Shown in pieces: positions 52,861 through 64,000 of a stretch of 64,000 nucleotides of DNA (position 1 is the first letter of the stretch; each line of letters opens with the position of its first letter). The notes under the pieces were generated by a model. That model saw only the letters and a program-made list of their open reading frames with translations. It did no database searches and was not told the DNA's origin. The position numbers and the translations under genes are program-made. The stretch lies in assembly GCA_002633005.1 (NCBI GenBank), contig NMRA01000080.1, positions 1 through 64,000 on the forward strand. The letters run 5' to 3'. The DNA is from Phoronis australis. Its lineage: Eukaryota > Animalia > Phoronida.

Positions 52861-54949
52861 GCCCATGGGCATGGGCGTTTCGTCGGGTGGGCTTTTTTGC
52901 GGAAATTCCCAGTATAGAAAACGGCAGTGGTGCTTATTGCGGGTAAATAGACGGTAGGTGTTGAGGTCGGCACCGTCTAGGGCTCCTTAGGAGGTCTATT
53001 GAACATCGCACGAGTCCCGCAAGACTTTGTTGTGAAAATACAGCCTCCCCGCAATTTCTGGTACTGTACACTGTTCGCGAATGCGGTCACTTTGTCAATG
53101 TGAGTGCCACCTTGGTCATTCCTTGTATAGACATAACTTGCTAGAGTGCATCTTCAAACAGACTCGCGACCAGATCACGGCGCCCGCCACAATAGCAATT
53201 CTTCGGAAAACGATTTTTTTCCAAAAGTATTACATGTACATGTACACTGTATGATATTGCGCAAGCCAACTTTACTATACATCAGTCAAATTCGAGTTAC
53301 AAACGTATGGGGTGTAACAGAATGACACGCCATGACAGATGAGGTATACACGTTGCACGTCAATTCGCCTCAATATCAGGGTTGCGGCACCACAGTATTT
53401 CCCCTAATCAAATCAAAACATACCTTAGAGTAAAGAAACTAGTTACCTAAAGAAATCAGCTATAGAGCTGTTCTTTCAGCGGTGGATCCATCTAAAATCT
53501 TGGCTACTTCAGAAGTGTCGACGGAAGGGCGCGCACAATTGATCTCCGAGGTTTTGCCGATGAGCCACGAAGACTCGAAATGCGTTGATTTTCATAACAG
53601 CAATTCACAATGCAAAAAAATATATTTTCAGAGTGAACCCCCCCCCCCCTTCTCATTTTTTCCAAGTTGGTTTACTTGGGGTTTGCACACAATGGCGGTG
53701 CCGTTTTTGTTTTGCTGGAGACGTTTTTTTTTTTTAATTTTTGGGTCCTGGCTCGAGGGGGGGGGTTAGACCCCCTGAACCCCCCGTAGATGCGCCACTG
53801 GATTTAGTGCCAAACATAACCGCAATTTGCCAAAATGACAGACAAATCACTTTTGACTCCAGCGATGCCTCGTTCAAGGTAACTTTTCTCCAATAATTGG
53901 AATAGACACTAGCCTAAACCTCTACCTGCCCTTCCTCAATGTGTTACGCCTTGAACTCATGTCTCTGTTTTCACATTGGAAGTAAAAACAACGTAAATTC
54001 ATCAAATTTACTCACCTTGCCTGACTTCGCTTCTCGCAACAAATTTCGTTCTCGATCGCCTTTCGGTCGTTCTCGATCCCGAGTTGGCCGGGGTGATGTA
54101 AGTGTCATGAACCTCTGAGAGGAATAAACAAATTAAAATGTTGATTCAGAAATCCGTAATTTGCGCAGTTGCAAATGATTTTGAAAGAATAAATTTTCGA
54201 GCCTGTCGACGCCACGTGGCTTTTATTGGTGTCGGTTGTCAGGTGGGTTAAGTGTGTGCAAACGAGGAAATGCACATTTTTTTCGGAGACCAAGAATTGT
54301 ACGAAGACACCTGCCTCCCGTTCAGTAACGCTAGGACCTCGCTAAAACGCAAGAATTCGCGAGATTATTTGAGATATTGCCGTGCATTTTAAATGAGAGC
54401 ACGTGACTTTCACCAGGTCTTAGCTAAGTCCTAGCGTAGGTCTTAGCGTCTACTGAACGTACGCCTGGCTTACCTCATCCAACTTTGCCCGGTGGTTTGG
54501 TAATTGGCCCATTATGTTGCACACCCAGAGGAACATATTATGGCAACATTTTAAAACTTTTAAAACGAAAATTAAAAAAAAAACAATACTACTGTCGCCT
54601 CTAATGCGGTTATGATCGTCTCATTATTTAGGGAACGATAACATCTGCAGCCTGAGTCAATTTAAATAATTACAACAGCATGGTGTCTCTGATCTGAACC
54701 GACAAATTCTGGGTGCGCAAACCGGTCGGTTTGCTCAATTTCGACCTGTTCTACGTGGGATTCTTTTCACGTTTCTGTGATATTGCCGAGGCGACAGTGT
54801 TCGCCTCTGACAAACGTCATACCCGTCTTCTCCCTGTTAGAATTCTGTTTACGTTGCTTGGCTGTGTAGCTAAAAATACTCTCAGAAGACTCGCCTAGAA
54901 GGGGTTCCATTGAAGCTGGGGCAGAATTTTTTACATTATTAATTTCAAA

Positions 54950-57650
54950 TTGATTTAGTAATCTCAAATAGGAGCCATTCATTAGAAAAATGATAATTAA
55001 TGTATCACAGAGGTTATAACTGTTCAAAAGGTGATAATTCACAAAAATCATGAGAGTGAAAGGTGATTCGTTGCTTACGTCATTGTATTAATTCATCTTG
55101 GTAGATAATTGGCGTTTGCGTCGTGACATCGAACATACAACTGAGCATAGCGATTAAAAAAACATTTAATGTTTTACATCAGGCCTCAGTCTGAAATCGG
55201 TCTGGAATACGGACTAAACGGGGGTTAGTTGTAACTCCAACTACTAGTTCGAGGTTATAATAAATCTCAAATAGAAGTAATTTATAGTAAAATTATCACA
55301 ATTGATAAATTACAAAAAATTATAACTCTTCTAAGGGTGGCTTTTCACAAAATTCATGAGAATGAGGAGTCAGTCACCAGTTGGCGAAAGTGGCTCGACC
55401 ACGCGTCGGCTCACCAAGATTCACTTTTAAGTGGATCTTGGTGAGCCGACGATATATTGTTAAAACAATATATTTGTATTGTTAAAACAATATATCGTGG
55501 AAATCGGCTAAGATCGATACAGCAGAAAAATGAAAGCCAGTTATCCGAAGCAGCAATGGTTACTTGGCATTGCTTTTGATGCCCGATATCAATGTCGTGC
55601 TTTTTCAGCTGAATATACTGCATGTGTGGTGTTAGTGTGATTGGAATATGAAAGCCGGCATCTCTGCCAATTTTGCTCAGTTTCACATCTGCTATTCATC
55701 GAGGCAATCAATTTCTTTGTGTCCGCAAATTACTTTTTACGCAACGATATGAAACATAACGGCTAGGAGGACTGATGCTGGTGTCCCGCTAATGAATAAA
55801 TAGGCGGTTGTTCGAAGCAGAGTCGTGCGTGGAAAGGTCGGTAACGTATGAGTGAGAGAAACATTTCGTCAAGTGTTATGCTTGACCCTGTGTAATCACT
55901 GATTCCTGCCTCCGCCTCCAAACATCTTAGCCGACTCTGTGTAGATCAGCAGCAGAAACTGGCTAACAGTAAGTAAACGCTTCTTCTCAGGAAACGGCAG
56001 TTTATTGTTCATGTATTTTTTCATAAATTTGCTCTATTGAATTAATGTTACAGAACTTTTGCCCACTTGTCTCGTTTGAAAGTTTAATTTTCATCATTTA
56101 AATTTGCAAAAAAGCGATTCAAAATTTAGATCACTTACGGCTACAAAAGTTGCCTCAGCGTGTCTTTACTCAGATTAAAAAAAGAATAGTGGTGGGCTTA
56201 GAAATCTAGCATTTCATTTGCTTGAGACCATGCTCAGGGTAAATGGTGACCCGACGAGTCAGGTTAGCGTCTAGAGTCTCGCCTTCCGTCCACGCGTATT
56301 CAGTCGAAGCGACTTCTAAAATGCAAGTTTTTACAGCGCTCTCTAGTTCGACTAAGACTTTTTCAGAAAGCGACGAAAACGTAACTTTGATTCATAATTT
56401 TTCAATCCGTAATGTTTGAGCTGAAGTTAAGTCACAAAGTTTAAACCTTTCCATTAAATTCAAGTCAACACAGGCTCCCAAAGAGTTTTTAAAACTGGAA
56501 GCTTCAGGGTAAAAACAAGCATCCTAAAACAAGAAACAAATTGAATCAGAACTGTGGACATTTAAATATTGTGTTAATGATATCATGCGCGCACCCAGGG
56601 AGGGGGTGCTCGGGGGGGGGGGGCGAAGTAGGCCAAAAGGAAACAAAAAGTCCGAGAAAACGAGACAAAAGTCCACAAAAAGGCACGAATGCACAATTCA
56701 TAGCTCTGAACGTGGTACACCGTTCTTTTTCTTTTTAGTCCCCCGTTTTTTGTTTGTAAAAGGTCCACATTGTCAAAAATTCGAGCCCCCTATATTTTAG
56801 GCTGGATGCGCGCATGGATATTAAAACTAAGCAAATTGTTTTGGTGATGAAAATGCTTCATGTCAATTTTACTAAATGTGTGCATTATATAAGCATTTTA
56901 AATTTATCCATGAACCGCGATTTCAGTGATAATAACTTTTTACCCGTTTTACTGCAACTAACACGTGAAATATTAAAACCACTTTTCATACAAATGTCGA
57001 CGGAGACTCGCTTTGAGACCATCTGCTGGCCTTTAGACGTCTGAACTTTCAGACACGTGAGTGATATACCTTACACGGCATCTTGTATTTTCCTCACAAA
57101 GTCTGTGGCTCCGAGTTAGTTGTCGTCTTCAAAGGGCAACTAAAATGATCCATATTTTAGGTTAAAGTTATATTAAGCGCTACATATTTAGTTTAACTGA
57201 TATGATTAAATAAGGTGGAAGCATTAGGCAGTTCGTACGCTAACATTTGGTCTTCAGTCACCCGATCAACGCTATAAGCGCACCCAAGCCAGACTGTGCG
57301 CGGAATTTCATAAAAGTTAATAAATGCGTTGCTGAAGAAAACGTATTCACTATATTTTCTCTTATAATGCATCGACTTTCAAAATTCGAAGACGACTAAT
57401 ATTTAATTTTTAATCTTAAAAGCAGTCTTTTTGGTCGTTTGTCTTACTAATTATTCGTTTTACTTATATTAGTATCCTATACAGGCGCATTTTTACGCAG
57501 TTATCGGCCAAGCCCATGAATAGCGATCACTTCAACGGGTGATGGTGCCGTGAAGTGATAGTCTTTGATGTGCCGAAAAATTCTATGGAGACTGTGCACG
57601 GATTCTCGTGCACTTGCGTGCAAATAGTGTTAGCGCACGAGTTGCCTAAT
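54950..57650 (+). repeat. Large dispersed repeat, copy 2
   Basis: Same block order as 3950-7230, with substitutions and indels. Carries an extra MITE at 56584-56816. Confidence 0.85.
56584..56816. mobile_element. MITE with CATGCGCGCA(C/T)CCAG TIRs and a 5-bp target duplication GATAT; partial reverse copies at ~47535-47749 and ~37700-37890
   Basis: GATAT|CATGCGCGCACCCAG ... CTGGATGCGCGCATG|GATAT. It is absent from the homologous site (~5915) in repeat copy 1. Confidence 0.8.
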
Positions 57651-59689
57651 GATTAGTTGGAGACTTTTGTGGGCAAAACCATAAGAGTAAATAATGCAAA
57701 CTACCCCTGTTTTATGGCTGCCTTTCAACATGACCTCATCATACTATCACCCGGATAGGGACACTAAACGGTATAATCTACTGCGTTGTATTTATTATAA
57801 GAATTCCCTAACTAACAACTAAAGAGTGTAGTCATGATTGGTTTAACTATGAATGACTGTGTTAAGCAGCTATATAACACCATTTTGTGAATGGGTGACT
57901 TTCTTACAAGTACTGTGCGTTAGAAAGTTTATTGTTCATGATCTCTCGATGGCATTTGGACAACATAGAGAATCACGTATTGAGACACCAATGTTTGGTG
58001 ACCGTCCTTTCGGCCTGCCGCCAGGGCCTTATCGATTTTAGTAGATTGCCGTACAGGGAGAATAACGTACTACAAGCGCTCATTGTTGAAAAGGGGATGT
58101 TTCACCATAATCTTTGTTTCAATGTTTATTATCATATGTCAAATATAGTTACATTCCACAATTTGTACACACACGCGCACACACATACACCGTGGTCATC
58201 AACTGTCATTAAACTTCAAAGAGAAGGGAGAATAGCTCACCATCAGTTTAAGAATTCGTGAATTCTGGGTTCTTGCAATGAATGTATTTTTCAATTTTGT
58301 TTTAATTTAGTAATTGTGTCTGTAATACTGAAAAACTGGTAAACGGTTGTAATAGCGACATAGGTAAATATGGTATCCGTATGGGCATTTCACTCGCTAA
58401 GCGTTACCAACTGACCTTGGGTCAGAGATTACATAGGCATGCGAGATGGCATAATTGCCTGGTGCCAATAAGAAAAACGGCTGACGACCTTAAAGAAAAT
58501 TTTTAGGCTCACATGAACAATACAAGTGATTTTTCATGAAATATTCCGATTTGTGAAATACAAAAATGAAAAAATTATCAAAATAGCATGATGTATTCAA
58601 AAGTTTTTGCTACTTATGTGTCAAAATTTGATTCTATTTCGGTAGGGTCGGCAATTTTGCGATGTCAGTAGCAAAGGTTACGGATTTTAAGTGCTTAAAT
58701 ATTATTTTCACAAACATTCTAGAAGTAAAACTTAGTACCACGTGTATTTACCTACCATTGTGTACAATCCAAGAGGTTACACCAAAATTTAATCACGCAG
58801 GTGTAACTTACAAGAATACAAGTGACTGAATGTGAAGCAATATTCTACTAAACAAGTCTTGCGTGACAAAAAACGACAGGATATGTATGAATATACACAA
58901 AAGTGCCTGATCTAATTTCAGAAGAGATGACGTGTCGGCTACAGGAATGATGATGACGTAATTCACGTAAATAGGCCTTCTATACAACTTATAGTTGATG
59001 GAGGCTAATGACCACAAGACGTTTATACATTAAAATTTTACTTTTGATTGCAGTCGTTGCATTTACTTCATTCTGTGAATCGGACTGGGGTCTCAGGTTT
59101 TCGACATTCTTGACATGAAAACTCTTGTCTACTAAGTGTTTGTATTTTCTCGTTGACTTTAAAGCTACCCATAGTTGTACATGCGCTCCACCAGCAGCTG
59201 ATTTCCGTCTATGTCATCAGCAGCTAATTTCCGTCAATATTAGCGCATTTTCTCGAAGATCAATTTTCCGGGTAGCGTACTACTCCTGGAATAAAGTAGT
59301 TCGACATGCACTGGGCTATAAGCGATTTCTTAAAAGCTATAATTTGGCCATCGTGTTTTGCTTATGGATGTTGTAACGTACATGTAGCTTAGCTGTATAG
59401 ACCTACTAAAAGAACAATCCATACAATAATGTTCATAATGATCAGCGTATGTAAATCCTATGGGTATATTAATAAGCACGCTCGTTCATTTTCAATCTTA
59501 ACCAATGTTTGTAGTTTTTAGGCTACTACTTCATTGCTCTTTAAAAAACGAAAACCGTTCTTATCGTTGCTGTTTTTTGAGCTGAATACCGCCATGACGT
59601 TTATTTTTAACGAAAATTATTGAGTTATACAATTTCGCCAATATATACATGCACAGATGTTTGCTACGGTGTATGCCTGGGTAACTTAG

Positions 59690-60110
59690 GAATTGCTCGC
59701 ACCGGCTGTCATAACCACTGTGTCCGACTCGGGGCGGCGCTCTCAAGTGGCCCAGAAGGACCAGCGGTGAAAATTCCCGCATATCATTAGAAATACACTT
59801 TTCCCGTATTATTGACGGCATCTGGAATGATAAGCTTGAGAGACACGTCGGAATTGTAAAATAATCTCGCTGTCATGGCTAATTTCCGTAATCATCTATT
59901 ACGTCATCGGGGAATGCTACTTCCATGAATATTGCATTAATCCGGCATGTCAATCAAGCTATTAATCCCGGTAAATCGTGAAGTGAGCAATTACTTGTAG
60001 CTGCCACCGTCCTGCATCTTTAAGGCCTTTACCACACCTAAGCTTCGGTCAATGGGAACACTTAACTTCGGTCTTGAGTTGAAGTTACAGCGCGAGTTAA
60101 GTCCGAAGTA
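59690..60110 (-). mobile_element. Possible heavily decayed PIF/Harbinger transposase relic
   Basis: Minus strand AFPDDVIDD and VGHSGY resemble FPxVIGAIDG and LGDSGY. The similarity is weak. Confidence 0.3.
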
Positions 60111-60424
60111 AAGAAGTGTATTTAAAAGATGACGGTAGTAAAAATAATGCAGCGGTTAACGGATTCTAACATACAAATAAAACTCACATTAATATTTATT
60201 GTCCAAATACTGATTGGCTGATATGTCAGTGACGTGTTGGTTGGGCATCGCTGCTTATCACATATTGCTGTGCCATATTGTGACACTGTTTGAAATAGTG
60301 TTGTAAAATGTTCGGTATGCCTTTTGTATGGCACTTGGTTGCTCGAAAAGGTGTCTTCCAAGGGGAGGGACATCGCATGCTATCGGTTACCCTAACCTTG
60401 GCGCAAAAATTGTATACTAAATAC

Positions 60425-61725
60425 CGAATAAAATCTGACAAAATTTTAGTGTCATTAAAATCTACTTCCTTGAGTAAACTAACTTATTTACCAGCGATAT
60501 AAAAATTGGGGCTTTGTCGTTATTCTGCTGCAAAAATTTAGGTGCGTTCTTTTGGGTCGGCTTTCGGCGATGGCGTCACCTGACCTTGATCAGTTTCTTT
60601 TCCCCCGATTCTTTTATCAAACTATTCTTCGCTCACACTACGTTGCGTACATGTCACAACAGATTAACAGAACTGGTTTCATTTCGTTACACGTGTTTAG
60701 TTTTATAATACCAGCAAAACGAATTTCAGAACGAAGTTTACTGCTGCAAAGCTGTCGTTATTTCCCAAGAGCTGTTGCATTATTTTAGGAAATTGCGCGT
60801 AGGCGTGTCACGATCGAGCGTACTGTTTTCAAAACGACGACATACTTTTCTTTGCTACAAAAGGAAGGGAATTAATGCAAGGAAACGATGTTTATTAGAT
60901 TTTTTTTCACTTCAATGGCCGGTCTACAAGTTGATATAAGTTTCTCGACAAGGTGACGAGCAGAACTCCCCAGGCAGTCCGCGGCTGAGTGAAATTCCGA
61001 GGTCTAACGTAGCCAGCCACCTAGCTGTATGAGGACTGTCGTCAAAATACAGCTAGGTACCACTGTGTGTATTTCTTCCGTAGATCCCGAAATTGCACAC
61101 AGCCAGGGTAGTTCTGCTCGTCACCTCGCCGTGAAACTTTAATTGTTTCAACATGTAAAACTAAAAACCGGACGGGGTGCATGCAAAATCTGGGAATTAA
61201 CCGACACTCACCTTGCCTGTTACAACCGTTTAAGTGAAAATCAATGCAATAAATGTCATTTTCTTGCGTAACTCTCCGCCTTTTCTAACAAAACAGTACG
61301 CTCGTGTTACGCGCATGCGCCATTTCCTAAATTTTTGCGGGAGATGATGATAGCTAGGCAGCAGCAAAATTTCTTCTGAAATTCGGTTTTTCGATATCAA
61401 AATTCTAAAAACTTATAATGAAGTGAAACCAGTTCCGATAATTTGTTGTGACGTGTGCGCAACCTCGTGAAAGAAGAACAGCTGATTGAAGAAACAGCGA
61501 AAAAAGAAACTGGCCAATAGGTGACGCAATATTTCAATGTGCCGAAAGCCGTCGCTAAAGATCACTCCACAACTTTAGCAGCAGAATAACGGTAGAACGC
61601 CATTTTTTCCAACACCGTTAAATAATTTAGTTTACTCAAATAAGATTGTAGTTTTTAATGACACTATTTTATATCACATTTTATCTTACCACTTTTTTAC
61701 CCACATCGGTGCAAAGCTGCGGCTA
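60425..61725. repeat. Two diverged copies of repeat family B joined tail-to-tail (60425-61008 +, 61009-61725 -)
   Basis: CTTCCTTGAGTAAACTAACTTATT at ~60466 is mirrored by AATAATTTAGTTTACTCAAATAAG at ~61621. GGTGACGAGCAGAACT at ~60952 is mirrored by AGTTCTGCTCGTCACC at ~61110. Confidence 0.8.
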
Positions 61726-63524
61726 TAGCTAGCTGGCTAGAGTCCGCACTGCCCACAATCATGCACACCAGTGTAAATTGTTGATACGGGTTGGTTGCAC
61801 CGGCATATTTTCGTCTGACGATGACGACGAGTGGGTAATACTTTGCGTTGCTTCGGGCTCTTAGAGGTATTCCTGGCGACCCGACATTTCGCACTAAAAT
61901 TTCTTATTCCGACATTCACTTGAATGAAAAAGACCACTATACGTCTGCCTCCAACAAAACCTAGTCTCTTAGTGAGTGATTATGTTATTTACACCACTTG
62001 ACTGCACGCTAAAATATTACGCTGACTTCCGCCCCACCAATTTCGTCACTAGAAGCAGCGCTCCAAGCGGGTGATTATGGAACTATTTGAACCAATTTTT
62101 TGAGTTTCGTTAAGAAAATATACATTAATTTTTGCTGCTTAATCATGGTTGAAATTAATCAACAACTCAATGAAAACTATGCAAACTTTACTCAGAATAA
62201 AATACAGTTCCTTTTAAAGGAGAATGCCACCCAAAAACAACCTATTTTGTATCAATTTAGATCGAGTAGTTCTACTCGATAATGGCACATTCGGTTACGT
62301 TACCTGACACCTGACGGCAGACGGAGGTTTTGAAATTATCCAATGACGTCATTGGTTTCACACGCAGTCTGCTCAGCAGTTCACAACACGGGTTACTGGT
62401 GTCAGCTTATCGCTTGAATTCATCGTTTAACACCAATAAAAACCCTGAAAATACACCGAGTTCTTATAAAAACGTGTTGTTATATTTCGTTGTTACGGAT
62501 TTATTGGTGTTTGGACCCAGCGTAGCCTACAAAATTTGGCAGGCCAATTTACCAAGGTCCGTAGTAGGAGTTTGGAGTGTTCGGAGATAATTTCGAAGTA
62601 TTCTTCCGTGAAATACAGACAAGAGAACCTAGATCTGTGTTGCTTAGACTTGTGATTTTTTGACTTCTAAACACACAAAACGCTTGTTATTTCGGCCAGT
62701 GGCTCGGAACCCGATCAGGCCCGTCGCGGTCGCCGGGACTGTCACGAACATAAACCAGCTTGAATTGGAAACTAAACTTCCATTCACGAAAAGATTATAA
62801 CAGTCAGTGCTGTAGTGGTAAAAGTAGAGGTAAGTAGGCGTCGAAAACCCACCGCATCACCTTGAGCACTGAACGTAACTTACGGTGCGTAGGCGCTACG
62901 TTCAAATGTCAAAAGGTGGTTGGCTGCGCCTACGTGCGCCTACGCTTCACTACAACACTGATAATAGTGTACCAAAGAAATAATGTGCACGTGATTATTT
63001 ACGTGAATTAGCCACGAAACTGAAAAACAACTTACTTGTCGGGGGCCTCGAAGTCGGGTTCACCCGCTTCCACAGACCGTCAGGGCAAAGGTTGTAGGCT
63101 ACAATAACAATGATTTGAATAATGTATTTGTATTTCTAAATTATGATTCCCCTAACGTGTGACCATACCATATAAAGTTTAGTAATTGTTTCACAACAGC
63201 TTTCTGTCAGCAAGCACTAAATTAGCATGCGCTCACACGACCTCGGTTCCCGGTCAATTATTTTTATTCATTGCCGGCATCAAAAGCCGGTAACGCGGCG
63301 GTTTATTTATTGCTGGCTTCTCAACATTTGCACTCACGAATACTGCAAAGGCATTACAAATTGTATCTAACGAAGCAGACTTTTTTTCAATTTTATATAC
63401 ATGTAAGCATTGGCTAGCATGAGAATAATTCATTTTTAAACAGAACGCTGAATACATGGCAACTCGCCCGGCGCCAATCCGACGAAGACTTCACGGGTCG
63501 GATCGTTACACGTTTCACAGGTTA

Positions 63525-63833
63525 TCAGTTCGAACCGTAATACCCTGATAAAGAAATACTAGAGAGGTGCCGTGAATATGCACAGACAACGGAACGTATG
63601 GATAGTTCTTTGGTAAGCCGGAATTCTTCAGAGAAATCAATGTCGATAAAATGGCGGCCACAGACACGGAGATGTTTCACGGCCTCATACTTGCTATTAA
63701 CAGCGTACCTTACCTTCTTCACTACCGCGAGCCACTTCCTGAGCATTTCGAGCTCTCGAGGAAGTCGAAAAAACGATATCCCTGCTTTCTTCGCAGCTTC
63801 GTAGTTCGGACAAGCGGGAACGATGCACCGCAA
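63525..63833 (-). CDS. THAP (C2CH) zinc-finger domain, probably the DNA-binding ORF or exon of a DNA transposon (intact or relic)
   Basis: RCIVPACPN...GISFFRLP....RKWL.....RVCGRHF..DF carries the Cx4C, P, W and Cx2HF signature. The ORF starts at TTG and lacks a clear AVPTIF box. Confidence 0.75.
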   Translation of the reverse strand: MRCIVPACPNYEAAKKAGISFFRLPRELEMLRKWLAVVKKVRYAVNSKYEAVKHLRVCGRHFIDIDFSEEFRLTKELSIRSVVCAYSRHLSSISLSGYYGSN

Positions 63834-64000
63834 TGTAGCAACATGACTTAACCATATTCGCTATTTCAACATTCACTCACAATTTCAACTGAATTTTCAA
63901 TGAGTAATTAACTTAATTATCACGTTTTAACTTTGCACGTGGGTTTTCATATATCTCGTGTCAACTAGGTCAGAAGGCGCCGGAGCCAGCGGTAAGTAGA

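Overview
AT-rich eukaryotic DNA, most likely from an invertebrate animal. It shows GT-AG introns, (TA)n/(TG)n microsatellites, three N-gaps, and relics of Penelope, L2/CR1, L1/Tx1, hAT, Academ-like and THAP elements. The only clearly intact gene is a giant + strand multimodular non-ribosomal peptide synthetase (about 17983-31909, at least ~4400 aa). Its architecture is (C-like)-A1-T-E-C-A2-T-C-A3-T-E-C-(vestigial A)-T-TE. It has one ~12.6 kb exon, interrupted by a 475-N gap that hides most of A1, and a phase-1 GT-AG intron that splits the thioesterase. Two intact-looking epimerisation domains and a proline-like A3 specificity code suggest that an animal genome encodes a D-amino-acid-containing peptide assembly line, probably acquired horizontally and then domesticated. 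The rest of the window is TE-rich intergenic DNA. It includes a Penelope fragment with a minimal hammerhead ribozyme motif and a 3.1 kb perfect palindrome that is probably an assembly artefact. All domain calls are by eye from motifs; no searches were run.
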